A DNA stretch of 64,000 nt from Bdellovibrionales bacterium (GTDB lineage Bacteria > Bdellovibrionota > Bdellovibrionia > Bdellovibrionales > JAUICD01). Location of the stretch: contig CBDANC010000014.1 of NCBI GenBank assembly GCA_965197425.1, positions 96,001 to 160,000 of the forward strand. Reading direction: 5' to 3'. The translations under genes were made by a program, and so were the position numbers. The notes under the pieces were generated by a model, which saw only the letters and a program-made list of their open reading frames with translations, was not told where the DNA came from and searched no databases. Below, piece after piece: positions 49,727 to 58,637 of this stretch (positions within the stretch are counted from its first letter, which is position 1; every line of letters begins with the position of its first letter).

Positions 49727-50197
49727 CTAAAATGGATGGAAGTCGTCAACTAAGTTATTGTTTTTAGAAATCTTTGTAACATGATCTACAAGCCATAACA
49801 TCAAAGCGCGATCTAAACCTGGAATTTCAATAGTTTTCCAAACGCCCTGAGTTAAATCACTAGCACTAAATACCTTGGCTTTAGGTTTTCCTCCATGAAC
49901 CCTAACCTGAGTTGATGTCTTTACCAATAATTTATAAGGCCTATAACCACCCAGAACAGTTACATGTAATTTGGAACGATATACTTTTTCATCCCTTATG
50001 CGGCTATAGTAAATATCAGGTTTAAAGTACCCAGACTTAAGCTCTCTGCGATTAACACTCACTGCAACCACTCCACCAGGCATCTTTTGGGCAATTGCAG
50101 ACTGAATATGCTTAACTGAATAGTCAAGGTCACTGGATTTTTGTCCAGTTGCACAGCCAGTGATCAAGGCCAGTTTGAATAGTATGAATAGTCTCAC
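49727..50197 (-). CDS. Hypothetical lipoprotein
   Basis: LITGC lipobox; GTG start overlaps the tal stop. Confidence 0.65.
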   Translation of the reverse strand: MRLFILFKLALITGCATGQKSSDLDYSVKHIQSAIAQKMPGGVVAVSVNRRELKSGYFKPDIYYSRIRDEKVYRSKLHVTVLGGYRPYKLLVKTSTQVRVHGGKPKAKVFSASDLTQGVWKTIEIPGLDRALMLWLVDHVTKISKNNNLVDDFHPF

Positions 50198-50838
50198 TTT
50201 TTTCTTTTTTCCCAATCTCTATTAAACTTCCCTATACCAATATCTGTCAAAGGATGCTTGCTTAACTGCTTTATCACCTTAAAAGGTATTGTGATAACAT
50301 CTGCACCTATCATCAAAGACTCCAAGACATGAACTGGACTTCTAACGCTAGCAACTAAAATTTTAGTATTAATAGCATAATTATCAAATATAGTTTTAAT
50401 GTCAGATACTAAGTTCATTCCAACTTCAGAAACATCATCAAGCCTTCCAACAAAAGGAGAAACATAACTAGCGCCAGCCTTAGCACATAAAACCGCCTGG
50501 ACTGCACTAAATACCAGGGTTACATTGGTATCAATTCCCTCAAGGCTTAATCCCTTCACTGCCTTTAAACCATCTAGAGTCATGGGAACTTTGACAACCA
50601 CATTGGGAGCAATTTTAGCAAGCTCCTTGCCTTGTTCGATCATTTGGTCCGCATTGTCACAAGTTACCTCAGCGTTTACAGGACCTGACACTACTGAGGC
50701 TATTTCTGATACAACCTCCGCAAAATCTCTACCAGACTTAGCAACCAAAGTAGGATTAGTTGTTACACCATCCACTAAACCAAACTCTAGAGCCTGCTTA
50801 ATCTCATCTATGTCTGCAGAATCAATAAAAAACTTCAT
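50194..50838 (-). CDS. tal: Transaldolase / fructose-6-phosphate aldolase family
   Basis: [37 protein letters not shown] and ASVR. Confidence 0.93.
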   Translation of the reverse strand: MKFFIDSADIDEIKQALEFGLVDGVTTNPTLVAKSGRDFAEVVSEIASVVSGPVNAEVTCDNADQMIEQGKELAKIAPNVVVKVPMTLDGLKAVKGLSLEGIDTNVTLVFSAVQAVLCAKAGASYVSPFVGRLDDVSEVGMNLVSDIKTIFDNYAINTKILVASVRSPVHVLESLMIGADVITIPFKVIKQLSKHPLTDIGIGKFNRDWEKRKK

Positions 50839-50842
50839 ATTC

Positions 50843-50913
50843 AAGGTTTTCCTCATTGTTGCCCAGCTCTACACATGTCATCAAACTCATCCCCAAAGGT
50901 CTTCTCAACACTG
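50843..50913 (+). repeat. Dispersed repeat (hairpin-deleted module A plus truncated B) upstream of tal
   Basis: AAGGTTTTCC-TCATTGTTGCCCAGCTCTACACATGTCATCAAACTCATCCCC-AAAGGTCTTCTCAACACTGA. Confidence 0.88.
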
Positions 50914-50957
50914 ACCCCTCCAACAAGGTCTAGTCTAGCACAATGCCAATCTATAAC

Positions 50958-52397
50958 CTAGTTAGAAAACACCAGATCTGGATACACTTTCTTAAGCCTT
51001 TTAAGCCCACCCTCAAAAGCATAAGCCTCTAAACCAGATTCCCTTAGAGCCTGAACCGCCATAGCAGATAAAAAACCTTCGTGACAGTATAAAACATATT
51101 TTTTATCAATACTAAAGTTGGTCATGTCGATATCATCAAGCTCAAGATGTCTCGCAGATTTGATATGACACTTGTTAAAATCGGAAAGAGACTGACAGTC
51201 TATTATATCAAAAGTCTGGTCTAGCTTATCTAAATACATATTTTGGGGTTTTAAATTTATCGAACTTAAAAAATCTTCTTTTTTGTTTTTTATGCATTCA
51301 TCTATCAAACCAAAATCAAACTTTTTCTCTTCTTTTAAAACTGAGTCTAGATCAGGTCTGGAACTAACTTTTCCCTTCACAAGGTCACAATGCTCAGAAA
51401 CCTTCTCACATAACTTTCCAACTCCTAGTTCATAAGACTGATTTACAATATCGATCTTATTCATGCTTACCAATGGCCTTATCACCATTAGATCAGAAAC
51501 ATTTTCAATAACCTTCAAACTTTCAAGAGTTTGTGAGCTGACTTGACCTATAGACTCACCAGTTGCCATTACTTGAATACCCAAGTTAAAACCTACTATA
51601 TTTGCAATTTTGTACATTACTCTCTTTAGCACTATTTGCCTATACCTAGGGCCTACAGACTTAATTAATGCACGAGTAATTGGGTTGAAATTTATTGTAA
51701 TAAATCTGGGGCTATTGGGTTGAAATCTATCCGTTAGTTTTTTGATAATTTGCATCACCTGGAGCCTATAAGATTCATAACCAAAATTAAAAAACAAAAA
51801 ATCACAGTTAATACCCCTTTTCATCAATAAAAAAGCAGCTACTGTAGAATCAAATCCACCAGAATATAAAACCAAAGCTCTGCCCTGAGAAGCCATAGGC
51901 ATTCCTCCAAGACCCTTAACTCTACCAAGTCCAAAATGATAAGTGTTGTTTATGTACTCTACCCTTACCTCTATCTCTGGATTTGTTAAGTCAACTGCTC
52001 TTGCAAAAGGTAAAAGCTTTGAACCTATTGTACAGGCCAGTTCATTTGAACTATACTGACACCCACCAGAAGATTTCTTTACTTTAACCATAAAACTTTT
52101 TTTAGAAATCAAATCCTTAAAAAGCATAAGTGCAGTATTAGATATTTCCTTCATATCTCCCTTAGTTTCCCCCAAAACTTCAAAAATAGAACTTATCCCA
52201 GAAATATCATACAAAAAATCAAACTTAGAATCTGCAAGGATCATAATATGATTAAACCTTTTGTTGAGTTCTAACTTAATGTTCGAAGCTTTAGCTCTTT
52301 TGGAAATGTCAGACATCAAAATATTTATAAGCCTGTTTTTTTCCAAGCTCCCTTTTAAGGTAACCTCTGACGCATATCTAACGATAACTTTTTTCAT
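50958..52397 (-). CDS. thiI: tRNA 4-thiouridine synthase with THUMP and C-terminal rhodanese domains
   Basis: SEVTLKG, LYSGGFDS PP-loop, TGESIGQVSSQTL, RPL and LYCHEG; ORF extension to 52496 lies in repeat DNA. Confidence 0.93.
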   Translation of the reverse strand: MKKVIVRYASEVTLKGSLEKNRLINILMSDISKRAKASNIKLELNKRFNHIMILADSKFDFLYDISGISSIFEVLGETKGDMKEISNTALMLFKDLISKKSFMVKVKKSSGGCQYSSNELACTIGSKLLPFARAVDLTNPEIEVRVEYINNTYHFGLGRVKGLGGMPMASQGRALVLYSGGFDSTVAAFLLMKRGINCDFLFFNFGYESYRLQVMQIIKKLTDRFQPNSPRFITINFNPITRALIKSVGPRYRQIVLKRVMYKIANIVGFNLGIQVMATGESIGQVSSQTLESLKVIENVSDLMVIRPLVSMNKIDIVNQSYELGVGKLCEKVSEHCDLVKGKVSSRPDLDSVLKEEKKFDFGLIDECIKNKKEDFLSSINLKPQNMYLDKLDQTFDIIDCQSLSDFNKCHIKSARHLELDDIDMTNFSIDKKYVLYCHEGFLSAMAVQALRESGLEAYAFEGGLKRLKKVYPDLVFSN

Positions 52398-52538
52398 AAA
52401 GGTCTTCCTAATGAGGCAAAAAATGAGGAGGCTCTGCCTACTTTTTTTTGCCGAATGGTTGCCCAGCTCTCTACCACGATGCCGATACCCTCCCACAAGG
52501 TCTTCCCCAGCTCTACACGTGTCATCAAACTCATCCCC
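52396..52538 (+). repeat. Dispersed repeat cluster filling the DUF938-thiI gap
   Basis: ATAAAGGTCTTCCTAATGAGGC[hairpin]GCCGAATGGTTGCCCAGCTCT...AAGGTCTTCCCCAGCTCTACACGTGTCATCAAACTCATC. Confidence 0.92.
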
Positions 52539-52541
52539 ATA

Positions 52542-53138
52542 TTACTGTTTTAAAAAATAAAGCGTACGGTTGTTAGCAGGCATTTCGTAATCTTTCTGTA
52601 AAGAGAAGTCAAAGTTTTGTATCTCATAAACAACTTTTTCAAAGTCTTTTATACTACTATGCTCATCCCTATTCCTAAGCCATAGATCAAAATTTCTGTT
52701 ACTTTCAGATGTAAATTGATTTGCGTAATTAAAAGGACCATAAATTATTATCTTTGCACCAGAACTTAACCTTTCCCCAAACTCCTTAAACAACAAACAT
52801 ACTTTTTCCCACGAAATCATATGCAAGACATTGGCACAAAAAACAGCTGTTACAGGGAGGTTAGGTAGAGGCGTTTCCCCTATGCTAAAAGTTCTAGGGC
52901 CTTGAAGGTTTTTTAACCCTGATTCAGACTTCCACATCTTAATCCCTTCGTGATTAGATTTAAAATCTGAGGTAACCCAAGTAATATCAGGCAGGTTCTG
53001 GGCAAAATACACAGCATGCTGTCCGGTACCAGATCCTATCTCAAACACAAAATCTTTTGTTTCCAAAATTTGTCTTAAAACTTCTAGTATAGGATCCTGG
53101 TTTCTCTTACACGCATCTGAGATAGGCTTCTTTTTCAT
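52542..53138 (-). CDS. DUF938 family SAM-dependent methyltransferase
   Basis: ACKRNQDPIL, EIGSGTGQH, YGPF, SNRNFD and MPANN. Confidence 0.9.
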   Translation of the reverse strand: MKKKPISDACKRNQDPILEVLRQILETKDFVFEIGSGTGQHAVYFAQNLPDITWVTSDFKSNHEGIKMWKSESGLKNLQGPRTFSIGETPLPNLPVTAVFCANVLHMISWEKVCLLFKEFGERLSSGAKIIIYGPFNYANQFTSESNRNFDLWLRNRDEHSSIKDFEKVVYEIQNFDFSLQKDYEMPANNRTLYFLKQ

Positions 53139-53370
53139 AAAGGTCTTCCCCAGCATTGATTGAGCCTAGCAAACAAACCGACTTGTTGGTTTTTTGCTAG
53201 GCGAATTACGTTTTGACACAGCCACTTAAAGTCTAAAACTAAACTAAGACTTTTTTCAATAAAGGTGAGGTTAGCGAACAGCAAATAAATCTGGCTTTGC
53301 CAGTTTTTTGCTGTGAGCACCTGTTTCACCAAGTGGTTGCCCAGATCTACACATGTCATCAAACTCATCC
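53137..53370 (+). repeat. Dispersed repeat cluster (modules B+C plus tail) upstream of DUF938
   Basis: ATAAAGGTCTTCC.., ATAAAGGTGAGG.., GTGGTTGCCCAGATCTACACATGTCATCAAACTCATCC. Confidence 0.92.
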
Positions 53371-53440
53371 ACAAAAATGATAGAACCATAGTCAAACATA
53401 AAATGGCAAATGAATTACAAAGTACAAAGCCACAACCACA

Positions 53441-53468
53441 TAAAGTTATGTAAAAATAACTCCGATAA
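53441..53468 (+). promoter_or_regulatory. Putative sigma28-type promoter
   Basis: TAAAGTTA..TCCGATAA (TAAA-N16-TCCGATAA). Confidence 0.55.
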
Positions 53469-53478
53469 GGCGGTAATC

Positions 53479-54111
53479 ATGGGGAAAAATAAAAAGAGCA
53501 TAAAATACACAGTAAGAGCAGTGGCAGCAGGGCTTTATACACTCTTACTGGTGGTTGGGTATCAAAACTGCTCCCTATATCAAAGCAAAATAGACACAGG
53601 AAAGGGAGGAGGAACATCACAAAACCCTGGGGACGACGGAGATAACAATAACAACGGTACTAGTAGAAGTAACTGCCAAATTATATCCCTATCTGATGGA
53701 GGAACAAAAACTGTACCAAACCACACATTCTCATGGATAGTAACAGAGCCAGATTGTATTGTGGAAGCCAAGCTAAACAATGGTAGTTGGCAGGTTTGTG
53801 ACTCACAAAATGCATATGGCTGTAAAGTTTCATTCATCTTACAACACAATTTTTCTATAGATCAATACGGCACACATACCTTAGATGTTAGAACTTATAC
53901 ATCTGAAGGTAATATACTTGATCTTGGGCAAGCCACTGTAACCATACAAAGACCACTAAATTGTGAATCATATCAAGAATGCGAACAGAGTCGGACGAAT
54001 CGCTTTCAGACACATTGTACTTGTGAGCCAAGCAATAATAATGGACATACTTGCTATAGCCTGTCATGCAACGGTAACCCTATAGATGACGAAGGACCAA
54101 CAGAACGGTAA
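53479..54111 (+). CDS. Hypothetical Cys-containing lipoprotein
   Basis: VGYQNCS lipobox, Gly/Asn linker, Ig-like beta region and Cys-rich tail. Confidence 0.7.
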   Translation: MGKNKKSIKYTVRAVAAGLYTLLLVVGYQNCSLYQSKIDTGKGGGTSQNPGDDGDNNNNGTSRSNCQIISLSDGGTKTVPNHTFSWIVTEPDCIVEAKLNNGSWQVCDSQNAYGCKVSFILQHNFSIDQYGTHTLDVRTYTSEGNILDLGQATVTIQRPLNCESYQECEQSRTNRFQTHCTCEPSNNNGHTCYSLSCNGNPIDDEGPTER

Positions 54112-54121
54112 TAAATGAAAA

Positions 54122-56251
54122 GTGAGAAAAAGTAAAAAGAGTCAAAGAAACAAAAGATTTAAAAAAAGCAAAACTTCCTCAGCTTTAGAAAATTTAGATA
54201 CAGACAAATACCTTGATAGAGAAATATCTTTTCTAGAATTTCAACTAAGAGTCTTAGAACAAGCCAAAGATAAAAGAATACCCATACTAGAAAGACTGAA
54301 ATTTTTGAATATTTTTAGCAACAACCTGGACGAATTCTTTATGAAAGATGTTGCTAGCTCTAAATTTTTAGAACTTAGCGATAGCACAAATTCCTATACT
54401 AAAATCAGGATGAAAATAATAAGAAAAAATGTTTCAAGCATGCTAAACCAAGCAAGTAGTTGTTTTGAAAATGACATAGCACTAGAACTAAAAAAACACA
54501 ATTTAGAAATAGCTACTTGGAATTCATTAGATGAAAAAGAAAAAAAATATCTTTCAAATTTATTTTCTCAAAGTATATTTCCTGTACTAACACCTCTTGC
54601 AGTTGATTCTGCACACCCCTTTCCACATATATCAAACTTATCAGTGTCATTAGCCGTGTCGCTGCGACACCCAGACAAAAAAAAGGAAATTCTGTTTTCC
54701 AGAGTTAAAATACCAAACATTCTACCATCTTGGTATTGCATAAACCCAGACGATACTAGCAAAAAACAAAAATGGATATCTACAAAAAATATAGTTCAAG
54801 CTCACCTACACTTACTTTTTCCTAAAATGGAAATTTTAAATAGTATGCTATTTAAGGTAACCAGAAATATAGAACTGGAAAAAGACGATGCTCACGCAGA
54901 TGATATCCTATCAATGATTGAAGAGGAATTACACGAAAGGAAGTTTGGTGAAGTTGTAAAACTAGAACATGGTGAGAACAAAGATGAATGGCTTATTAAT
55001 TTTCTGATAGAAGAGCTAGAAATTACTAAAGAGGATGTATTTGAAAATAAAAGTGACAATGTACTAGTTGGGTTCAAATCTATTCTAAAAGCAGAACACG
55101 ATAGCAACATGGTATTTGCACCATGGACACCCTTAACAAGCCATGAACTATCAAATGAAACAGCAAGTATTTTCTCCATAATAAGAAAACAAGATCTTTT
55201 ATTACATCATCCATATGAGAGCTACAGCTCCAGTGTAGAAAGATTTATATATGATGCAGCCAGAGATCCAAGGGTACTAATTATAAAAATGACACTTTAT
55301 AGAACAAATGAAGAAAGCTCTCTCATTCGCTCGCTCATAAGAGCAGTACAACTAGGAAAACAGGTTGTGGTGCTAGTTGAATTAAAAGCTAGGTTTGATG
55401 AAGAAAGAAACATATCTTGGGCCAAAAAACTAGAAGAGTATGGAATACATATTGTATATGGAATTGTAGGACTTAAAACACACAGTAAAACAGCTTTAGT
55501 TGTCAGAAAAGAATACGATTTACTGAAGTCCTATGCACATATAGGAACAGGTAATTATCACTCGCAAACCGCTAAGCTCTACACAGATTTTAGCCTTCTT
55601 ACTGCTAACAAAAAAATTACAAAGGATTTAACAGAGTTTTTTCACTTCTTAACAGGCAGATCTCTTCAAACAAATTATTTACACCTATTAGTAGCACCTG
55701 TAAATATGAAACAAAAATTTATAAAGTTAATAGATAATGAAATTGCTAATGCAAAAAAAGGCCTGCCTGCCCATATTATGCTGAAAATAAACAATATAGA
55801 ATACCTGGAAATGTGTCAAAAACTCTATGAGGCCTCAACTGCAGGTGTAAAAGTTGATATTTTGGCTAGAACAATATGCGCACTAAAACCAGGAATTAAA
55901 GGGTTAAGTGAAAATATAACCGTATATAGTATTGTCGATAGATTCTTAGAACATTCTAGACTTTATATTTTTGCAGATGGATCTAAACATTATGCCGATC
56001 ACAGGATATATATTGGATCAGCTGATTGGATGTACAGAAATCTACAAAATAGGATAGAAATGGCATGTCCTATCTTTGATGAAAGAAATAAACTGAAGTG
56101 CATAGAGAGCTTTAATATTATGCTAAAGGCAACAAATCAAAGATGGACACTTAATGCCGATGGCACCTATAAAAGAACAACTAACACAAACAATGAAGAA
56201 AGTGCTCAAGCACAACTAATGAAATTATATAAGAAGCAGCACAAACGTTAA
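54122..56251 (+). CDS. ppk1: Polyphosphate kinase 1
   Basis: NNLDEFFM, HPFPHISN, LLHHPYES, ELKARFDEERN, THSK and RFLEHSR. Confidence 0.97.
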   Translation: MRKSKKSQRNKRFKKSKTSSALENLDTDKYLDREISFLEFQLRVLEQAKDKRIPILERLKFLNIFSNNLDEFFMKDVASSKFLELSDSTNSYTKIRMKIIRKNVSSMLNQASSCFENDIALELKKHNLEIATWNSLDEKEKKYLSNLFSQSIFPVLTPLAVDSAHPFPHISNLSVSLAVSLRHPDKKKEILFSRVKIPNILPSWYCINPDDTSKKQKWISTKNIVQAHLHLLFPKMEILNSMLFKVTRNIELEKDDAHADDILSMIEEELHERKFGEVVKLEHGENKDEWLINFLIEELEITKEDVFENKSDNVLVGFKSILKAEHDSNMVFAPWTPLTSHELSNETASIFSIIRKQDLLLHHPYESYSSSVERFIYDAARDPRVLIIKMTLYRTNEESSLIRSLIRAVQLGKQVVVLVELKARFDEERNISWAKKLEEYGIHIVYGIVGLKTHSKTALVVRKEYDLLKSYAHIGTGNYHSQTAKLYTDFSLLTANKKITKDLTEFFHFLTGRSLQTNYLHLLVAPVNMKQKFIKLIDNEIANAKKGLPAHIMLKINNIEYLEMCQKLYEASTAGVKVDILARTICALKPGIKGLSENITVYSIVDRFLEHSRLYIFADGSKHYADHRIYIGSADWMYRNLQNRIEMACPIFDERNKLKCIESFNIMLKATNQRWTLNADGTYKRTTNTNNEESAQAQLMKLYKKQHKR

Positions 56252-56509
56252 AGATTATTTATGCTTTTCTCGGGGATACTTGCTAAGCATACAACTACAT
56301 TTTTTGCTACATAAATAATAAAAATTACATTGAAGGAGGGATAGGTTATATTTTCCAGTAAGAATGATGTACAATGACCGTAAATCGTTGCTGGTATAAT
56401 ATAAAAAAATCAACTCTCTTACAGTAATTAGATATAGCACCTTTCACAAATAACAAGTAAGTATATTGGTATCTTTTCGTTAAGGTGAATTTAATATGAG
56501 GAAAAAATT

Positions 56510-57421
56510 ATGAGATTTACAAAGTACATAATATGTCTAGCAATTGTTCTTTCATCACAAGCATTTTGTTCACAAGCACTAGGTATGGGTTGTACAGAAG
56601 CCCTCAGTACTAAAGACATGAACTATAACTATTCAGAGGAGCTGGCCAATGCAATCGTAAATAACGATATAGAAGCATTAGGGGAATTTTCAGACAACGA
56701 CCCATATAACATATCGTATATGATTGTTTATGACCTTGATCTCTTTCCTGATTTGATTAAACAAAACCTTAAATCGTTTAGAATAGGATTTCTCACTGCA
56801 AGCACATTTAAACCATCTCTTAATAAAGCACAAAGAAAAGAGTTCTATGATTTTATATCAACATTGAAACCACTTAATACTCGTAAGGATCATCCAAATT
56901 ACCTGCGTAACTTAGATGGAACGATTTCATCATATACATATTCACAAGATAGTTCTTTTGTTATAACTGTTCTTGAGCTGGCAGTTGCGTTACATGGACC
57001 AAACAGTAAAATTGTAACTTTTCTTATTGGTCTTGATTACAATAATGGATATCACAATGTGTACGATTCGATTCCTCCACAAAGTTTAAATGAAAACGAA
57101 GCATCTTCATTGTTGCTAACAGCACTTGAAAAAGAAAATTTTAGATTATCACATGTTTTAGAAGCGATTACTCCTAATTGGCATAGCCTTAAAAGATCTT
57201 ATTTTTTTAGAAAACACATTGATTACGGAGCTTGGGAATTCCTAGATCAGGATCTCAAAGATAATATTGAAGTCTCTCTTGATGATCTTGCTTACGCATT
57301 TGCTTCAAAAAATCCAGAAGTTATTGAGATATTCTGGAAAAACAGAGATAAGAATGACTCACTTGTAAAACTACGTACCCAGTTAGAAGCATTTAGACAA
57401 GAATGGAATAATTACAAATAA
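56510..57421 (+). CDS. Hypothetical secreted protein
   Basis: Signal peptide and GAGG SD; helical, no recognised motif. Confidence 0.6.
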   Translation: MRFTKYIICLAIVLSSQAFCSQALGMGCTEALSTKDMNYNYSEELANAIVNNDIEALGEFSDNDPYNISYMIVYDLDLFPDLIKQNLKSFRIGFLTASTFKPSLNKAQRKEFYDFISTLKPLNTRKDHPNYLRNLDGTISSYTYSQDSSFVITVLELAVALHGPNSKIVTFLIGLDYNNGYHNVYDSIPPQSLNENEASSLLLTALEKENFRLSHVLEAITPNWHSLKRSYFFRKHIDYGAWEFLDQDLKDNIEVSLDDLAYAFASKNPEVIEIFWKNRDKNDSLVKLRTQLEAFRQEWNNYK

Positions 57422-57643
57422 TAAAGCATTCCAAAAGATAAGGAATAACCCTTCTTTGTAGCAGTCACACTTAGTTGGTCTAGTGACAAATTTCAGTAAC
57501 AAAATTCCTATTCCTATCAGGTACTTATACCATTATAGCTAGGCACTGTGGCAACTGACTAAACCCATTTTTATGCTTTAATTTTGTGAGAATTTACCGA
57601 TATGTACTTATGGTAACGGATTGGTTATAAGTAGGAGATAAAG

Positions 57644-58060
57644 GTGTCTAGTTCTAAGATATTTATTGAAAGTGATGACGAGTTAGCTATAAAAAAGGCC
57701 AAAAAATGGGGAACTTCTAATGGCTTTGAAGTTGTTGTAAGCAGAAAAACAGAAACTGAAGAAACAAAAGACGGTAACTCTGGGTTAGAACTCCCTGAAG
57801 GAGCAACAACCGTGCTAACACACAAATTGGCAAATAACATTATAAATATACCATCAAATGGTGAAAACGATATAGTAAAACTACACGATGTCACCAGAGT
57901 TGCACTGGAATCTGCACTTAAGAAAACGAACGGGAACATAATGGCAACTTCTAAAGCATTGGGTATGGGAAGAGCAACAGTATATAGAAAAATAAGAATC
58001 TACAACATAGACAAATCATTTTACAGAAGAGAAAAACTCAGCTGGAAAAAAGCAGCTTAG
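57644..58060 (+). CDS. Fis-family HTH protein
   Basis: ALKKTNGNIMATSKALGMGRATVYRKI; AGGAG SD. Confidence 0.85.
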   Translation: MSSSKIFIESDDELAIKKAKKWGTSNGFEVVVSRKTETEETKDGNSGLELPEGATTVLTHKLANNIINIPSNGENDIVKLHDVTRVALESALKKTNGNIMATSKALGMGRATVYRKIRIYNIDKSFYRREKLSWKKAA

Positions 58061-58121
58061 CTTAAGGTTTTTTCATAGTTTATACCATTTAAACTTAACA
58101 ATTAAGACTTAAGCTAAATAA

Positions 58122-58439
58122 TTAAGTTTCTTTTTGATCTTTTTTATAAATAATTTTTCCCCAGTCATCTACATACTTTTTCACTGTAGGACAATCAATT
58201 TTTTCATAAATAGTTATGTCAAATAAATGTGGGCAGTCTATATCCTCAAGCTTAGATATCAAAGGTTTAACAGTGTTTTCAACACTTAGATCTTTTCCTA
58301 ATAGAGCAATATCAATATCTGAATCATCTCTATAATTGCCCTTAGCTCTTGAACCATAAAGTAAAGCTTCATCTATTTTAGGAAAAATTGATAATACAGC
58401 TTGTACTTCATTTATAATTTTGTCACTCAACCCAAACAT
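58122..58439 (-). CDS. Minimal nucleotidyltransferase (MNT, pol-beta fold)
   Basis: LYGSRAKGNYRDDSDIDIA. Confidence 0.88.
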   Translation of the reverse strand: MFGLSDKIINEVQAVLSIFPKIDEALLYGSRAKGNYRDDSDIDIALLGKDLSVENTVKPLISKLEDIDCPHLFDITIYEKIDCPTVKKYVDDWGKIIYKKDQKET

Positions 58440-58537
58440 TAAATTTCAACCATATTTATTACTAACAACAATATTATAATTAGATATACGCAAGTATCAA
58501 TATGTTTCAAGACTCAATCGACAAGATAAAATGGGGG

Positions 58538-58631
58538 TGGACTTTTTGGGAGTACAGGTATAAAAAGTTTGGACTTTTTTGGAGTCTATTCCCAAAAAGT
58601 CCTTGCTACCTAGAGGGTTTTCTAATATAAT
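58538..58631 (+). promoter_or_regulatory. Operator-like triple repeat followed by a sigma70 promoter
   Basis: GGACTTTTT(G/T)GGA at 58539 and 58571, inverted copy at 58588-58602; TTGCTA-N17-TATAAT ends 6 bp before the ATG. Confidence 0.6.
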
Positions 58632-58637
58632 GAACAC

